Positions 1-13,377 of a stretch of 64,000 nt of DNA are shown here, one piece after another. This stretch comes from Hypanus sabinus. Its lineage: Eukaryota. Below the pieces are notes generated by a model. The model was given only the letters and a program-made list of their open reading frames with translations, was not told the DNA's origin and made no database searches. The stretch spans positions 98,642,001 to 98,706,000 of the forward strand of contig NC_082710.1 of the NCBI RefSeq assembly GCF_030144855.1, written 5' to 3'. Every line of letters starts with the position of its first letter. Within the stretch, counting starts at the first letter, position 1. Made by a program: the position numbers and the translations under genes.

Positions 1-760
1 GGCCAGGCAGTGTCGATGGAAAAGACTGAACAGTCAACGGTTCGGGCCAAGACCCTTCTTTGGGACTGAGATGGAAGGGGGGAGATAAGCTGAATTAAAA
101 GGTGGGGGAAGGGAAAAGAGGCTAGCTGGAATGTAATAGGTAAAGCTAGATAGGAGGGAAAGGTCAAGGGCTGGAGAAGAAAGAATCTGATAGGAGAGGA
201 GAGTGGACAACAGGAGAAGAGAAAGGAGGAAACCAGGGAAAGGTGAGAAGAAGTGAAATGTCAGAATGGAGAATAGAGAAAGGGGCGACAGGGATGAATT
301 TTGTTTATCGGAAGGAGAAATTAATATTCATACATCAGGTTGGAGGGTACCCAGATGGAATACAAGGTGTTGCTCTTCCACCCTGAGGGTGGCCTCATCT
401 TGGCACATTTTCCAAATGAAAATCAGACTCGGAATTAAAATGTTTCGCCACAGGAAGTCCCGCTTGTGGTGGATGGTCCTGATATACTCAACAAAACAGT
501 TCCCAAGTTTACGACAGTTCTCATCAATGTAGAGGCCACATCAGGAGCACCAGACACAATAGATGATCCCTGCAGCTTCACAGGTGAAGTGTTGCCCCAC
601 CTGGAAGGCATATTTGGGACCCTGAATGGATGTGAGGGAGGAGGTGTAGCAAATAGGCCACTTGCAGAGTTAAATGCCTGGAGGGAGAGTAGTGGGGAGG
701 GATGAATGGACAAGGGAGTTGTGGAGGGAAGCTGGGGGGATCTGTTGGGCTCTGGTGTCA
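1..760 (-). mobile_element. Penelope-like element (PLE) 3' fragment: degenerate GIY-YIG endonuclease region plus pseudo-LTR, running off the window start
   Basis: Reverse complement of about 520-660 matches the GIY-YIG segment seen at 4511 and 22850 (TTIQGP..F..TC....IYC). Positions 1-70 are the reverse complement of the pLTR end with a degenerate hammerhead motif. Confidence 0.85.
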
Positions 761-966
761 AGGAAGAAGCAAAACCCAAGGCCTTTCTGATGAGGGATAG
801 AGGTATACAGGGACATGGTGAAAATAAGGCAGTCAAAAAAATACTGCCCAATTACATTAGCATATAACCTGTAGCAGCAGAGGACTCAACACATTAGACT
901 ACTGTTATACTAAGATAAGGAATGCCAACCGTTCCATCCCTAGTTTGCATTTTGTGAAGTCTAAGC

Positions 967-1824
967 TGTTACGGTATGGCAACAATGAATATATAATTGA
1001 GACAGGTTTTTTATAACATATAAGACATTTATCAAACACTGCTAAAAAACCCCAGAAGTAAACAAACGACTAACTTAACTGGAAGTCGACTGCTATATGG
1101 CAGCTGGAACAGTTCTTAACGCAAGAAATGCAAAGTCAGTTCTTTAAAGTAGTATTGCAAAATGTCCAAAATGATTTACAGTCAGTTAGGAGAGACCTTC
1201 CTTGAAGTAATAGATTCTCTTTCATGATGTTACTGCTCATCCCAGCCAAAGTATGCCTTGCCCGAAAGATTTACAATAAGGAAAATAAAATAGCTTAAAA
1301 AAGGCACTGTCCTTTTCCTTTTGGCGAATAACTCACTGCCCCAGTCCTTTCTGCTCTTACACAGGGACTAATGTGGGTGCAGATTACTAATTCCATCCAA
1401 AGGAGGATCAAATAAGGTTGAACCTGTTTACCGCCGACACCACCAACTTGCCTCAATTCTTTGGCTTCCCGAACTTCGATAAATCTTCACTCTCCAACTG
1501 GACTTTAACTGGCAGTGATTTTCAGAACTGCCAGCACAACGATTCTTACAATAGAAATTAAAACTCCACTTTTAAAATGAAACTGCATCATTAAAATCAA
1601 ATACGCAGCAGAACGGAGTAACTGACAAATTAAACCATGAACTGACCTGCGTCACAGGGAGGGGTTCTCCTTTTATACCCTGTTGAAACAGGCCATCACA
1701 TGACCTCTCACTGTCGGGAAAATTACATCACTCCAACATCACAAGACCATTACATCATGCCCAGCAGAGCCTCAATTACATCATGGTCATGTGACAGTCA
1801 CAGGATACCCACGGATTCGTAACA
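967..1824 (-). mobile_element. Solo LTR (Gypsy-like), 858 bp
   Basis: Starts TGTTACG and ends CGTAACA (7-bp inverted termini, TG...CA). Flanks AAGC/AATC are a possible 4-bp TSD with one mismatch. TATAAAA on the minus strand at 1671-1677. No internal coding sequence. Confidence 0.75.
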
Positions 1825-1859
1825 AATCATCTGGCTGTCATCCTCCTACCTGCATACTG

Positions 1860-4075
1860 GCAAGGCACCAGGGGTAAAGATAATGCCGTGGGAGGCAGAG
1901 TGGCAGCTGCAGGATTGCTTCATGTTGGTGGACTGGACCATATTCAATGGCTCCTCAGAGGACCGGAATGAATACATCATGTTTGCAAATGAATTTATAA
2001 AGACACTCGTGGATGAGTGTGTATCCATGAAATCATTCAGAGTCTTCCCCAACTAGAAGCCCTGGAAAAACCAAGAGATCCACAATCTGCTAAGAGCCAG
2101 ATCAGTGGCATTGAGATATGATGACTAAAAGCACAAGATGTCCAGGTATGAATTCCAGAAAGCCATCTCACGTGCAAGGTGGCAATTCCAGATTAAGGTT
2201 GAATCACAGAAGGATGCTCAACAGCTGTGCCAGGGCTTGAATGCTATCATGTCCTACAACACCAAACCAAGTGACAGATGTGTCAAGAAGGGTTTGCTCC
2301 CAGATGAGCTCAATGCCTTTTACGCTTGCTATGAACAAGAGAACATGGAGGCACCATCACAAATTCCCACAGCCCCCTGTGATTTCAATCTCTGAGGCTG
2401 ACTTGAAGTGTCCTTCAGCAGGGTGAACTCAGGGAAAGAATCTGGTCCAGATGGTACACCTCATGGAGTACTGAAAAACTGTGCTAATCAGCTGGCTGAA
2501 GTGATCTCTAATATCTTTATCCTCTCAGAGCAGTCTGAGGCTCCCACCTGCTTTCAGCAAACCTCAGTCATCATTCCTCTACCGAAGAAGAACGTAGTTG
2601 CTTGCTTCAATGACTGTTGTCCAATAGCACTTACATCCACTCTGATGAAGTGCTTTGAGAGGATGGTCATAAAGTGTATAAATTCTGATTGAGGAATGAC
2701 TTGGATCCACTTCAATTTGCCTACCATCACAACAGGTCAACAACAAATGCCATTCCATTGGCTGTTCACTCAAACCTGCAATGTCTGGAGAGTGAAGATG
2801 GTACATCAACATGCTCTTCAGTGACTACAGTTCAGCATTCAATACTATCACTTCCTCTAAACTAACCAATAAGACCCAAGACCCAGGTGTCAATACCTCC
2901 TTGTGTGATTGGATCCTCAATTTCCTCACATGCAGACTCCAGTCAGTTCCGATTGGCAACATCTCCTCAATCATCATCAGCAGAGGTGCAGCACAAGGCT
3001 GTGTGCTTATCCCTCTGCTCTACACACGTTATACTTATGACAGTGAGGCTAAGTGCAGCTCCAATGTCATATTCAAGTTTGCTGATAACATCATTGTTGT
3101 TGGCCAAATCAAATATGGTGACGAATTGGCAAATAGGATGGAGATTGAAAATATGGTTGAAGTGTACCATAAACAACCTCTCACTCAATGTCAACAAGAC
3201 TAAGGAGCTGATTATTAACTACAGGAGGAAGAAACCGGAAGTCCATGAGCCAGTACTCATCGGACAATCAGAGGAGGAGAGAGTCAGCAGCTTTAAATTC
3301 CTTGGTGTTATCATATCAGAGGATCTGCTCTGGGACCAGCATGTAAGTTTCATTATAAAGAAGCATGGCAGTGCCTCTATTTTCTTAGAACTTTGTGCAG
3401 ATTCGGCCTGTCATCTAAAAATTTGACAAGCTTCTATAAATGCGTAGTGGTGAGTGTATCGATTGGCTGCATCACAGCCTGGCATGGAAACACGAATGGA
3501 AAAGCCTACAGGCATAAATGGATACAGCCCTACCAATCACAGGAAAAGCCTTCCCCACCATTGTGCAAATCTCCATGGAGTGCTGCATCCACCATCAGGA
3601 GTCATCCTCACACCATCAAGGCCATGCTCTCTTCTTGCTGCTGCCCTTGGCAAGAGGGTACATCAGCCTTAGGCCCCACATCACCACATTCAGGAACAGT
3701 AATTACACTTCAACTATCAGCCTTTTGAATGAGTGTGGATAACTTCACTCACCTCCAACTGAACTGATTCCGTAACCTATGGACTCATTTTTAAGTAGCA
3801 ACAACTTATGTTCTTAGTACTTTTAATGTATTTATTGATCTATCTATTTATTTATCTACCTATTTATTTATTATTACTTGTTTATTTGTATTTGCACAGT
3901 TTGCCTTCTTTTACACATCGCTCGTTTGTCAGTATTTGCTTGTTTGTAGTTTTTCATTGATTCTATTTTAATTCTTTATTCTGCTGTGAATGATTGCAAG
4001 AAAATGAAAATCTGGGCAGTGCATGGTGATGTAAGTGTACTTAGATAATAAATTTACTTTAAACTTTCAACTTTG
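1860..4075 (+). mobile_element. Rex1/Babar-type LINE, 5'-truncated and decayed (RT region plus 3' UTR)
   Basis: ORF fragments 2408-2692 (GPDG..LKNCANQL..IIPLPKK..PIALTSTLMKCFER), 2811-3203 (DYSSAFNTI..QGCVL..KFADN) and 2887-3426 (LNVNKTKELII..FKFLGV). Typical 3' UTR ending aataaatttactttaaacttt. Many frameshifts and stops. Confidence 0.9.
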
Positions 4076-4510
4076 GGACATGCAGCCTTCATTATTCACT
4101 GAGTACAGGAGCTGGGAAGCTGTGTTGCAGTTATATACGGCATAGCTGAGGCCATATTCAAAAGGTGGGTGATGGTGGAGCATCCTCAGAATAAACCACT
4201 ACACATGTGAAATTGGAATGAGGAGGAATTTCATTCAGAAAAGGTAGTGAAAACCTGGACAATGATGGATGTTCCTTAAGGTTGTTATAGCCGAGGGAAA
4301 TACTGATGATAAGCCCCGGCCATCTATTAAATACTCCAACTGGCATGTGTCTCAAATATCTCTAACAACCAAGTCCCGCTCCTGGACTTTTCACCTGGCT
4401 TAGCTGCTAAGCCTGGCAGAACTGTTGCTTCTGACAGGAGGAAGGGCAAAAGTGATTGATAAGCACCTTAAAACCAGTCGCTTTGGGCAGATGAAGCTCA
4501 TCAGCCATGG

Positions 4511-5340
4511 ATGGGGACTTACCCTTGTAAGCAGATCAAGAGCCCACCTGCCTCCTCCATCACTACCATTCAATGCCCCAAACAGTCCTTCCAGGTGAGG
4601 AGAGACTTCGCCTGTGAGTTTGTTGGAGTCATCAAATGTATCGGGTGCTCCAGGTGTAGCCTCCTGTATATCGATGATAACCAATATGGATTAGGAGACT
4701 GCTTCATTGAGCACCTTCACTTTGTCTGCCACAAAAAGAGGGATTTCTTGGTGGTCACCCTTTCAATTTGACTCCTCACTGCCGTTCTGACATGTCAGTC
4801 CATGACCTCCTCTACTGCCACAAAGAGGCCACACTCAAGTTGGAGGAGCAATACCTTATATTCCATCTGGGTAGCTTCCAACCTGATGGAATGAACATTG
4901 ATTTCATGAACTTTAAGTAATTATCCCCTCCCCCATCCCCCTCCTTCACTATTTCCCATTCCTTTTTCTCTCTCATACCTTCTGTTCTTGACTACCCATC
5001 ACCTCCTTCTGGTGCTCCTCCCCTTTCCCTTTTTTCCAAGGACTTCTGTCCTTTCCAATTAGATTCCCTCTTGTCCAACTCTTTATCTCTTCCACCAATC
5101 AATTTCCCAGCTCTTCACCTGCTCCTGGTCTCACCTCTCGCCTTCCACCTTGTGCTTCTTCATCCCCTCCTCCCACCCTCTTATCCCAACTCTTCCCCCT
5201 TCCTTTACACTCCTGATGAAGGGTCCCAGCCCAAAACATCGACTGTTTATTCCCATACATAGATGCTGCCTAACCTGTTGAGCTGCTCCATCATATTGTG
5301 TGTATTGCTCTAGATTTCTGAATCTGCAGTGACTCTTGTG
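4511..5340 (+). mobile_element. Penelope-like element 3' fragment (GIY-YIG domain plus pseudo-LTR with degenerate hammerhead)
   Basis: ORF 4511-4771 GTYPCK..TTIQCPKQSFQVRRDFACE..GVIKCIGCSRCSLLYI. Pyrimidine-rich tract follows. CTGATGA-AGGGTCCCAGCCC-AAAACATC-GACT at 5213-5244. Confidence 0.88.
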
Positions 5341-5341
5341 C

Positions 5342-6260
5342 CTATGATCTATCTTACTCCTGTGTGGCTCCTCGCCACCATTTGAAATTCTGCCAGCAAA
5401 AGTTGTGATGTTGGCAAATTTATAGAAGGTGATAGCCACACAGACATGGGTGCAGAGCCAGCAGAGCAGGAGGCTAAGCATGAATCCTTGTGGTGTGCCA
5501 GTGTTGATTGTCATTGGGGAGGAGATGTTATTTCTGATCTGTGATCTCCCAGTGAGAAAGTCAAGGATCCAGTTGCAGACAGAGATACAGAGGCCCCGGT
5601 TTTGGAGCATGTTGATTAGAACTGAGGGCATGATTGTGTTGAATGCTGAGCTATAATCAATAAACAGTGAACTGATGCAGGTATTACTAATGCCCAGGTG
5701 ATCCAACACCAAGTGGAGAGGCAGTGAGATTGCCTCTGCTGTAGGCCTATAGTGAGAATAGGCAAATTGCAGCAGGTCCAAGTCCTTGCATAGGCAGGGG
5801 TTGATTCCAGTAATGACCAACCTCTCAAAACACTCCATCACAGCAGATGTGAGTGCTGCTGAGCGATAGTCATTGAGGCAGTTCACCTTACCCTTCTTGG
5901 GCACTAGTATAATTGTTGCATTCTTGAAGCAGGTGGGAACCCCTGACTGCAGTAGTGAGAGATGGAAGATGTCCTTAGCACTCCCACCAGTTGGTAGGCG
6001 CAGGTTTTCACAGGCCAACCAGGTATAACATCAGGGCCTGTTGCCTTATGTGAGTGCTGAAGTAATGGCCTGCGAACCCTGCCAAAGGTTGATGGGCATC
6101 CAATTACACCTCTAACTTCAATTAGAATTTTTTTCACCCTTAAAATAACCTTCTGTAGGTCATATCTGGACGTTTTGTATAGTTTTGGATCATTGGTCTT
6201 GAATGCCACATATCTAGCCCTCAGCAGACTATGAATCTTCTGGTTCGGGTATGATACTAA
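5342..6260 (-). mobile_element. Rex1/Babar-type LINE RT fragment
   Basis: ORF 5131-6018(-): VPTCFKNATIILVPKK..NDYRSAALTSAVMECFERLV..LQFAY..FIDYSSAFNTI..GTPQG..YKFAN. Confidence 0.9.
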
Positions 6261-9059
6261 GATTATTATACTGGTACCAACTAATATTAAATATATTGCA
6301 GAGTTTATGTTAATGATCAGGCAATCTTCTTGAGTGTTCAAATACATTTATAGGACTACATAGCCTATTCCTGTAAGATGATTTTTTTCTTAAATTAAAT
6401 TCAAGGTTTTCCCTGTGATTTCTAAACCTTTATAGTGTTCTAAACTATTGTAGAGTATTTTGATTTACATCACTTAAAGCCATCCAAATAAGCATAATTG
6501 TAATAAAATTTGTCAGCACCAGCAGAAAGTGAGCGGAAAAGTCTGTTAAATGGAAAGCAACATCAGGAATGAATTCAAAAAGAGCAGGTGATTCTGTGCG
6601 AATCCCTGGAGCTGGAGAATTACTTCTCAATAAATCTCAATTATTATCAGAGTTTATTTTCATAATCGTTGGTACTGGTAATTTTATGTTTATTCTCTGC
6701 AAACAATTGCAGGGAAAACAATTTGGTCATTAAAATGCTTCAAGGCCAATTCTTCCTCATTTCTTTAACAGATTGAATAACTGAGACTTACTCACCATGG
6801 AACATAAATGTTCTGTAATAGACTGCAATGTAAGTTATGTTTCTGGTGATGATAATTGCGAATTGAACAACATAATGTCCTTAGGTGGTTTACAATAGCA
6901 AATTGAAGCAACTATTACCAGGAAGCAAGGGGCAGGCACATTAAGCAAATTGCATCCATAAGATTTTTACTTTCTTTGTTTTGATCAAATCTGTACGTTG
7001 CAATTAATTGCTTCTAATGTATAAAATATTTTTCAGTTAGCATTAATTTCTATAAAATTACCCATTGCACACATGAAAGTAGATTAGTTTCTGACCCCTG
7101 TTACATGCAGGATTCAAATTTATTTGTGACATGTTGCAAATCTACATGTTATTATTTTATCAATGTCCCATGTGAATAGAGAATAATTTGTTCCTTATGC
7201 AATGTATAAAGGTTTTATGATCACAAATGATTGCTTGGGGTGAACCAAATTGGAAGCACTGATTTCACATCTGATGGGAATTAGAGCCATCATATAGCAA
7301 ATTGGATTTGGTAACTTATCTGTAAGTGTATGGGGTTGAACTCCAATTACTTTACCTATTTAACTATGTTGATACATGTTATAAGAAAGTTCCAAAGAAA
7401 AACATCCAAACTTTTATTCTGATGGTCATGAACTATCAAGTTAGAAATTTGCCAGATGAAGTGAGTTTTGATCTCCAATGATTTGACAATTTTGCAGATA
7501 AATATATTATTTTCTGCAACATTTTGTTGGCTTTGTGGATGATCACGTGCTGTTTCTGCAACATTTCCTCCTACAGCATTAAGCATTATCTGGGGAAAGT
7601 ATAGGAATGGGAAAATAGGTGATAGGAACAAAGATGTTGAGATCAAAGAGAACTGTGGGTGGTTGCATTATTAAAGATTTGAATTATGGAATGATGTTTC
7701 ACAGAAGGAAGTTATTAGGCCCACTTTGCTGATGCCAGCACTTTGATAGAGCTCTCTAATTAGCCTCAACCCTCCATTCTTTTCCTATAGCTCTGTAATT
7801 ATACTTCTCCTTCAGGTATTATCCAAACCTCTTTTGAAATTTTCTATTGAATTTGTGTCCACTACCCTTGCAGGTAATGAATTCCAAATCACTAAAAGCT
7901 GTAGGGAAAAAAAAACTATCTTCACTTTACTCTAGTTCTTTTGCCAAACACTTTCAATCCATTTCAAATGAGTGACAATTCTAATAAAACATTTAAAATA
8001 TAAAATACCTTGATCAAATCTTGTCTTTACTTCATCCACTTGAAATAAAGAATGGCCTCAGCTTCTTCATTTTCTCTTTGTAATAAACCAGAGTACTGAT
8101 CTGATAAACCCCTTCTGCATACTCCCTAGATAGCTTTTCATAAATGGAATGGCCACATTTGATCAAATTAGTCCACTAGAAGCTCTGGGCTAGAACACGA
8201 TGAACTGCCTGAACGGAGTGAGCGCATTTCCATTAGCGGGAGAGGCTAGAATTTCAGGATACAGCCTCAAAGTAAAGAGACATTGCTTTAGATCTAAGAT
8301 GAGGTATTTGAGAGGTTTAGGATGGTGGGGGTGGGGTGGTGTTAAGGGTTATGGGGGATAAGCCAAGAGTTTGGGGCTGAGCAAAGAAAACAAACAACTA
8401 TGATTGAATAGTGAAGCAGGCTTAATGGTCTGAATGGCCTGATTCACTCCTTTATCTTATAACCTATCGGTCTCCACCTTAGTATACCCAGGGACTTGGC
8501 ATCTACAACCCTTTGTGGGAATGAATTCCAAATGTTCATCGCCTTCTAGCTGCAGAAATTCCTCTTCATCTCAGTTCTAAAGGGACAGCCATTTATACTG
8601 TGGCTGCAGTCGCAAATTCCAGACACTTCTACTAATGAAATGAGTCCACTCCATAAGGAAACCTTTCAAAATTCAGTAGGTTTTGTTGAGTTACCTTCCC
8701 CCCATTCTTCAGTAGGGTTTCAAGGTTTCACCTAATATTCTGGCTTTTTACTTTGTTGGCTTTTGTAAATTAAGTCTAGAATTCAAAACACTTCTTTAGT
8801 TAATTGTCTTACTTTGTCAACCTAGATCTCTATATTCCTTCATCACTAAAATGATACTGTTTAGTTCATACTGCTGTTTGTATTCTCCCTACCACAATAC
8901 ACCACTACATAGGGCTTTCTATTTATATTTGCCACGTGGCCAATGAGATCAACCTCCATATGAGGATTACAATCCACTCTGAGAAGCCAAGTATACAGAG
9001 TATAATGTTCTTTATCACATCCTCAGCATTCAAGTGTGATATCATAGTGAAGGGGCAAC

Positions 9060-9780
9060 AGAAATCTTGGACCCAATGTCGATAAGATGACGGAATTGAT
9101 TGTGTACTTCAGAAAGGGGAAATTGAGGGAATACACAAGGGGTCAACAGTGGAAGAGGCAAGCAGTTTCAAGTTCCCGGGTGTCAACTTCTTTGAAGATG
9201 TCTCATAGACCCAACACATTGATGCAATTACGAAGAAGGCTATATTTCATTCGGAGTCTGAGGAGATATGGTATGTCACCAAAGTCCCTTGCAAATTTCT
9301 TCAGAAGTATTGTGTAGAACATTCTAATTGGTTGCATCACCATCTGGTATGGAGGGGCCACTGTACAGGATTGGAAAAAGCTGCAGAGGATTGCAAACTC
9401 ATCCAGCTCCATCATGGGCACTTGCCTGCCCAGTATCAAGAACATCACAAAAGGCATTGCTTCAAATAAGCAGCATCCATAATGAAGAACCCCATAACCC
9501 AGGACATGCTTTTGTCTTAGGAGCCTGAAGACACACACTCAACACTTTAGGAACAGGTTCTTCCACCGTCAGATTTCTGAATGCGCAATAAACAAATCTA
9601 TGAACACAGACTCACTTATTCGTTCTCTTTTTGCATTAATTATTTTTTTTAATATATGGTATATTTGTTATTGTAATTTATTGTATTTTCTAATGTATTG
9701 CAGTGTTCTATTGATGCAAAACAACATAGTTCACAACACAATTCATAATAAACCTAAATTTGATTCTGACTGATTCTGAA
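9060..9780 (+). mobile_element. Rex1/Babar-type LINE 3' fragment
   Basis: MTELIVYFRK..RLYFIRSLRRYGMSPKSLANFFRSIV. 3' end aataaacctaaatttgattctga. Confidence 0.85.
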
Positions 9781-10783
9781 GTGGATAAATATGAAGCCAT
9801 TTTTAATAATATGTTTAATTATCTTAAAAATACTTTCTGGTATGTCTAAAGCTACAATTTAAACATTATGCTATTTACCATAATAAAAGTCTTTAAAGCT
9901 TTCATCAATCCAATCCTTAGGTAAAGATTTTAGTAGGGCTTCATGAATCTTACTTTTAGTTCAGCATGGCAAATTCAGTGAATCTTACTGCAGTGCAAAC
10001 TTGTTTATCCTGTCAATGCTCACAGCAAATTTTAATTATATTTAAATGAACAAGTAGCACAGTTCGAAAGCACTGACACTGCATAAATGGGAATTTTGAT
10101 CTTACTTCTGTAGTAGATTGGACTAATGAGTACCAGATATTTTCTGAGCCTTCTGAAAACCTGGTATGTTTCATTTTACAGCTGATCATTGCTTGATTCA
10201 TGTCTGCATTAATGCAGAATTCCAGTAATACACATTTCTGTTGTGGGATTATCAAAGATGTGAGATGATACTTGTTCTATATTGCTTTGCTCCTTGTCGA
10301 TTAGAGCCAAACACAAATAACACGATGATTAAAGCATCATCCTCTTCTATAGTTCAAACTAGAAGCTGGAAATCAGCAAAACAGGTTAGCCAATGATGGA
10401 GGGAGGCACATTTAATATTTGATACATTATTGAGTATCAGACTAGTTTGAGGCATTGGCCACCATTATATTGGTGTTCCTGTAAATGTATGGATGTTATA
10501 AAGATGAAATCAAGATTCTTATTTCAAAAGCATATATGTTCTGTTCCCTTTATGTAACCAGAATAGAGAGCCCAGGGAAAGGGTTAGGACCATGAAAGAT
10601 CATCTGATTGTTCAGGCAGGAAACTTAATGTTCTAGAGGCTGAATTTCTAAAGTTCTTCCTGACAATTTGCATAATACTCGTGAAGAGCCAACACATTGC
10701 AGAAGAATCAATTTGTCTCTTATGCCAGCCTCTCCTGATCTGTTTTTCAGCTCTTCCACTGAAATAACAAAATAAAGCAGGGA

Positions 10784-10872
10784 AAATCCCTGAGAAATTT
10801 ACCTCGCACGGAATCTGCTCTGATAAGCCGTGTATCAAAAATTTACTGATCTCGGTCCTACCAATTCTTCTT
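10784..10872 (+). repeat. Left copy of 89-bp target-site duplication flanking the L1
   Basis: Ungapped alignment to 12998-13086, 12 mismatches in 89 by manual count. Confidence 0.9.
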
Positions 10873-12997
10873 TACTTTTTCCAATATTTTTATTAATTTA
10901 CATATAATAATAGAGTACAAGAAAAAATATAAATATCAATATACTAAATCGCATATAAATGCTCCTTACCCTATATTCATACAGATTAATTAATTCAGAA
11001 AATTGAAATAAAATAATTTTATTATATTAAAAAAATCTAACCCACTACCAAGACCAAAGGTGATTTGTAAAGAAAAAAAGGAAAAAAATTATTCATCATC
11101 ATCTGTGCTTTAACAGCAAATCGAAGCTTTTGAAAATAATTCAGAAAAGGTCCCCACAATGTTTGAAAGTATTGACCAGATTCAGAGATTGAACCTCAAA
11201 TCTTCTCTAAATTTAAACATGACATCTTATCACATAACCATTGTGCGTGAGTGGGGGGGGGGGGGGGTGCATCTTTCCATTTAAGCAAGAACGTCCTTCT
11301 GGCCATTAGAGAAATAAATGCCAAAATGTGCAAGTCAGATGGCTCCAAAGTAATATCCTTTCCTCCAACAATACCAAATAAAGCGGTCAAAGGATTAGGC
11401 TTAAAGTTTACTTTGAAAAGTATCGAGAAAGTTTGAAGTGCTTCTTTCCAATATTTTCCAAGACTCAGACATGACCAAAACATACGAATGAGTGAAGCTT
11501 CTCCATTATTACATTTATCAGAATGCGGAGATATATCTAAATAAAAACGAGACAACATCATATGCGCCCTATGGACCACTTTAAATTATAGGAGAGAGTG
11601 GCAGGCATGTAACGATGAAATAATAACTAATTTAAAAATTTGATTCCAAGTTTCCTCAGAAATTGAAATCTGTAAATCTTGTTCCCAAAGATTTTTAATT
11701 TTATCTAAAGGAACACTTCTCATTCCCAACAGCATATTATAAATATTACATATCGATCCATTATGAAAAGGTTTCAAATTAAAAAATACATCTAGTAGAT
11801 TCTTATTAGGATTTTTAGGAAATGTACTTATTTGAAACTATAAAAAATCTCTTATTTGTAGATATCAAACAAAATGAGTTTTTGGTAAACTATATTTAGT
11901 TAGCAATTGTTCAAACGAAAAGAGACTTCCCTCTACAAACAAGTCCTGAAAGCATTTAATACCTAGTCTTTAAAAGCCACATCAATCATAGAGGGTTTAA
12001 AAAAAATTAGAAAAAATGGGACTCAAAAGTGAAAATCTCAGTAAGCCAAAGTATTTTCAGAATTGTATCCAAATTCTCATAGTGTGTTTAACTACCAGAT
12101 TATCAGTTAACTTACTCAGAGACAGTGGAAGTGAGAATCCAAGAAGAGAAATTTAGAAATTTAGAAAATTTATTAACAGAGTTAGCTTCGGAAAAAACCC
12201 ACATCGGGCAATCCTCATGATTAATGTAATATAACCAAAATGTAAGATTTCTTATATTAACTGCCCAATAATAAAATCTAAAGTTTGGTAAGGCTAATCC
12301 TCCATTCTTTTTTATTTTTCTGAAGATGAATTTTATTTAATCTAGAATGCTTATCCTTCCATATATAAGAAGATATAATACAAAGTAGAATCAAGAAAAT
12401 CAAAAAACAAGATTCAGGAATAAAAACAGGCAATGCTTGAAAAAGACACATAAATTTAGATAATATATTCATTTTGATAGAGTTAATTCGGCCAATCAGT
12501 GATAACGAAAGAGGCAACCAATTTGATCGTATCCTTTTTACGTGATTCAATAGGGTAAGAAAGTTTTCTTGAAATAGACACGTACAGTTTTTAGTGATTG
12601 TTACACCTGAGTAGGTAACTTGGTTTCTTACAGTTTTAAAAGGAAGGTTAGAATTTGTTGGTATCAAATTATTCAAAAGGAAAAGTTCACTTTCATGTAA
12701 GTTTAATTTATAACCTGAGAACTGGCTAAAACAGGAGAGTAAAGAAAGCGCTTGGGTTAATGAAGTCTCAACATTAGAAATAAATAGCAGCAGATCATCA
12801 ACGTACAGAAAGACTTTGTGAATAGTGTCTCTCCCTAAAATACTGGTGATATCATTAGATTCTCGAAAGGCAATGGCTAAAGGTACTAAGGCCAGATCAA
12901 GAAGCAAAGGGCTCAGCGGACAGCCTTTCTAGTGCCATGTTGAAGCTTAAATGGTTTGGAATTATGAGAATTAGTGATAACCCTAGTGGAAGAAGCT
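10873..12997 (-). mobile_element. L1-clade LINE, 5'-truncated within the RT domain, decayed
   Basis: Minus-strand HGTRKG(C)PLSPLLLDLAL..LYVDDLLLFI..FSGYKLN..LSLIGRINSIKMNIL (12278-12907). Remnant of the C-terminal CCHC region DKCNNGEASLIRMFWSC (11196-11579). AATAAA (minus) at 10889-10894 followed by a short decayed A tail. Confidence 0.92.
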
Positions 12998-13086
12998 AAA
13001 TCCCTGAGAAATTTACCTCGCACAGAGTGTGCTCTGATAAGCTGTGTATCAAAAGTTTACTTCTCTCAGCCCTATTAATGCTTCTT
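12998..13086 (+). repeat. Right copy of 89-bp target-site duplication; ends at an L1 endonuclease-like site CTTCTT/AA
   Basis: Direct repeat of 10784-10872, followed by AACAG. Confidence 0.9.
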
Positions 13087-13254
13087 AACAGAGTATACAC
13101 AGCAAGTTTGGCCAGAACATTTCAATGTTTCAAAACACTTGATATTTTTGGTTCTGTGTACCATTTTACCGGGCACAATGACCCCTGTTTTAAAACTCTG
13201 TTCTATCCTCTTCTATTCTACTCTATCAATATATTACAGTAATATGCATTTCAA

Positions 13255-13352
13255 AGCAACATAATAAAATGTTTGAGGAACTCAGCAGTCAGGTAGCATC
13301 AATGGAAAAGAATAAGCAGTCGACATTTTGGGCCGAGACTCTTCTTCAGATC
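13255..13352 (-). mobile_element. Solitary PLE pseudo-LTR end with degenerate hammerhead
   Basis: Reverse complement: CTGAAGA-AGAGTCTCGGCCC-AAAATGTC-GACTG...GATGCTACCTGACTGCTGAGTTCCTC. Confidence 0.8.
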
Positions 13353-13377
13353 TAATTTTATCTTACATTTCAGTTAA

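Noticed and set aside
5131-6018. Longest ORF (295 aa) as a functional or domesticated reverse transcriptase
   Set aside because: The catalytic (Y/F)ADD motif reads FANI, there are internal deletions, and the C-terminus runs into antisense PLE sequence. It is a decayed Rex1-type copy.
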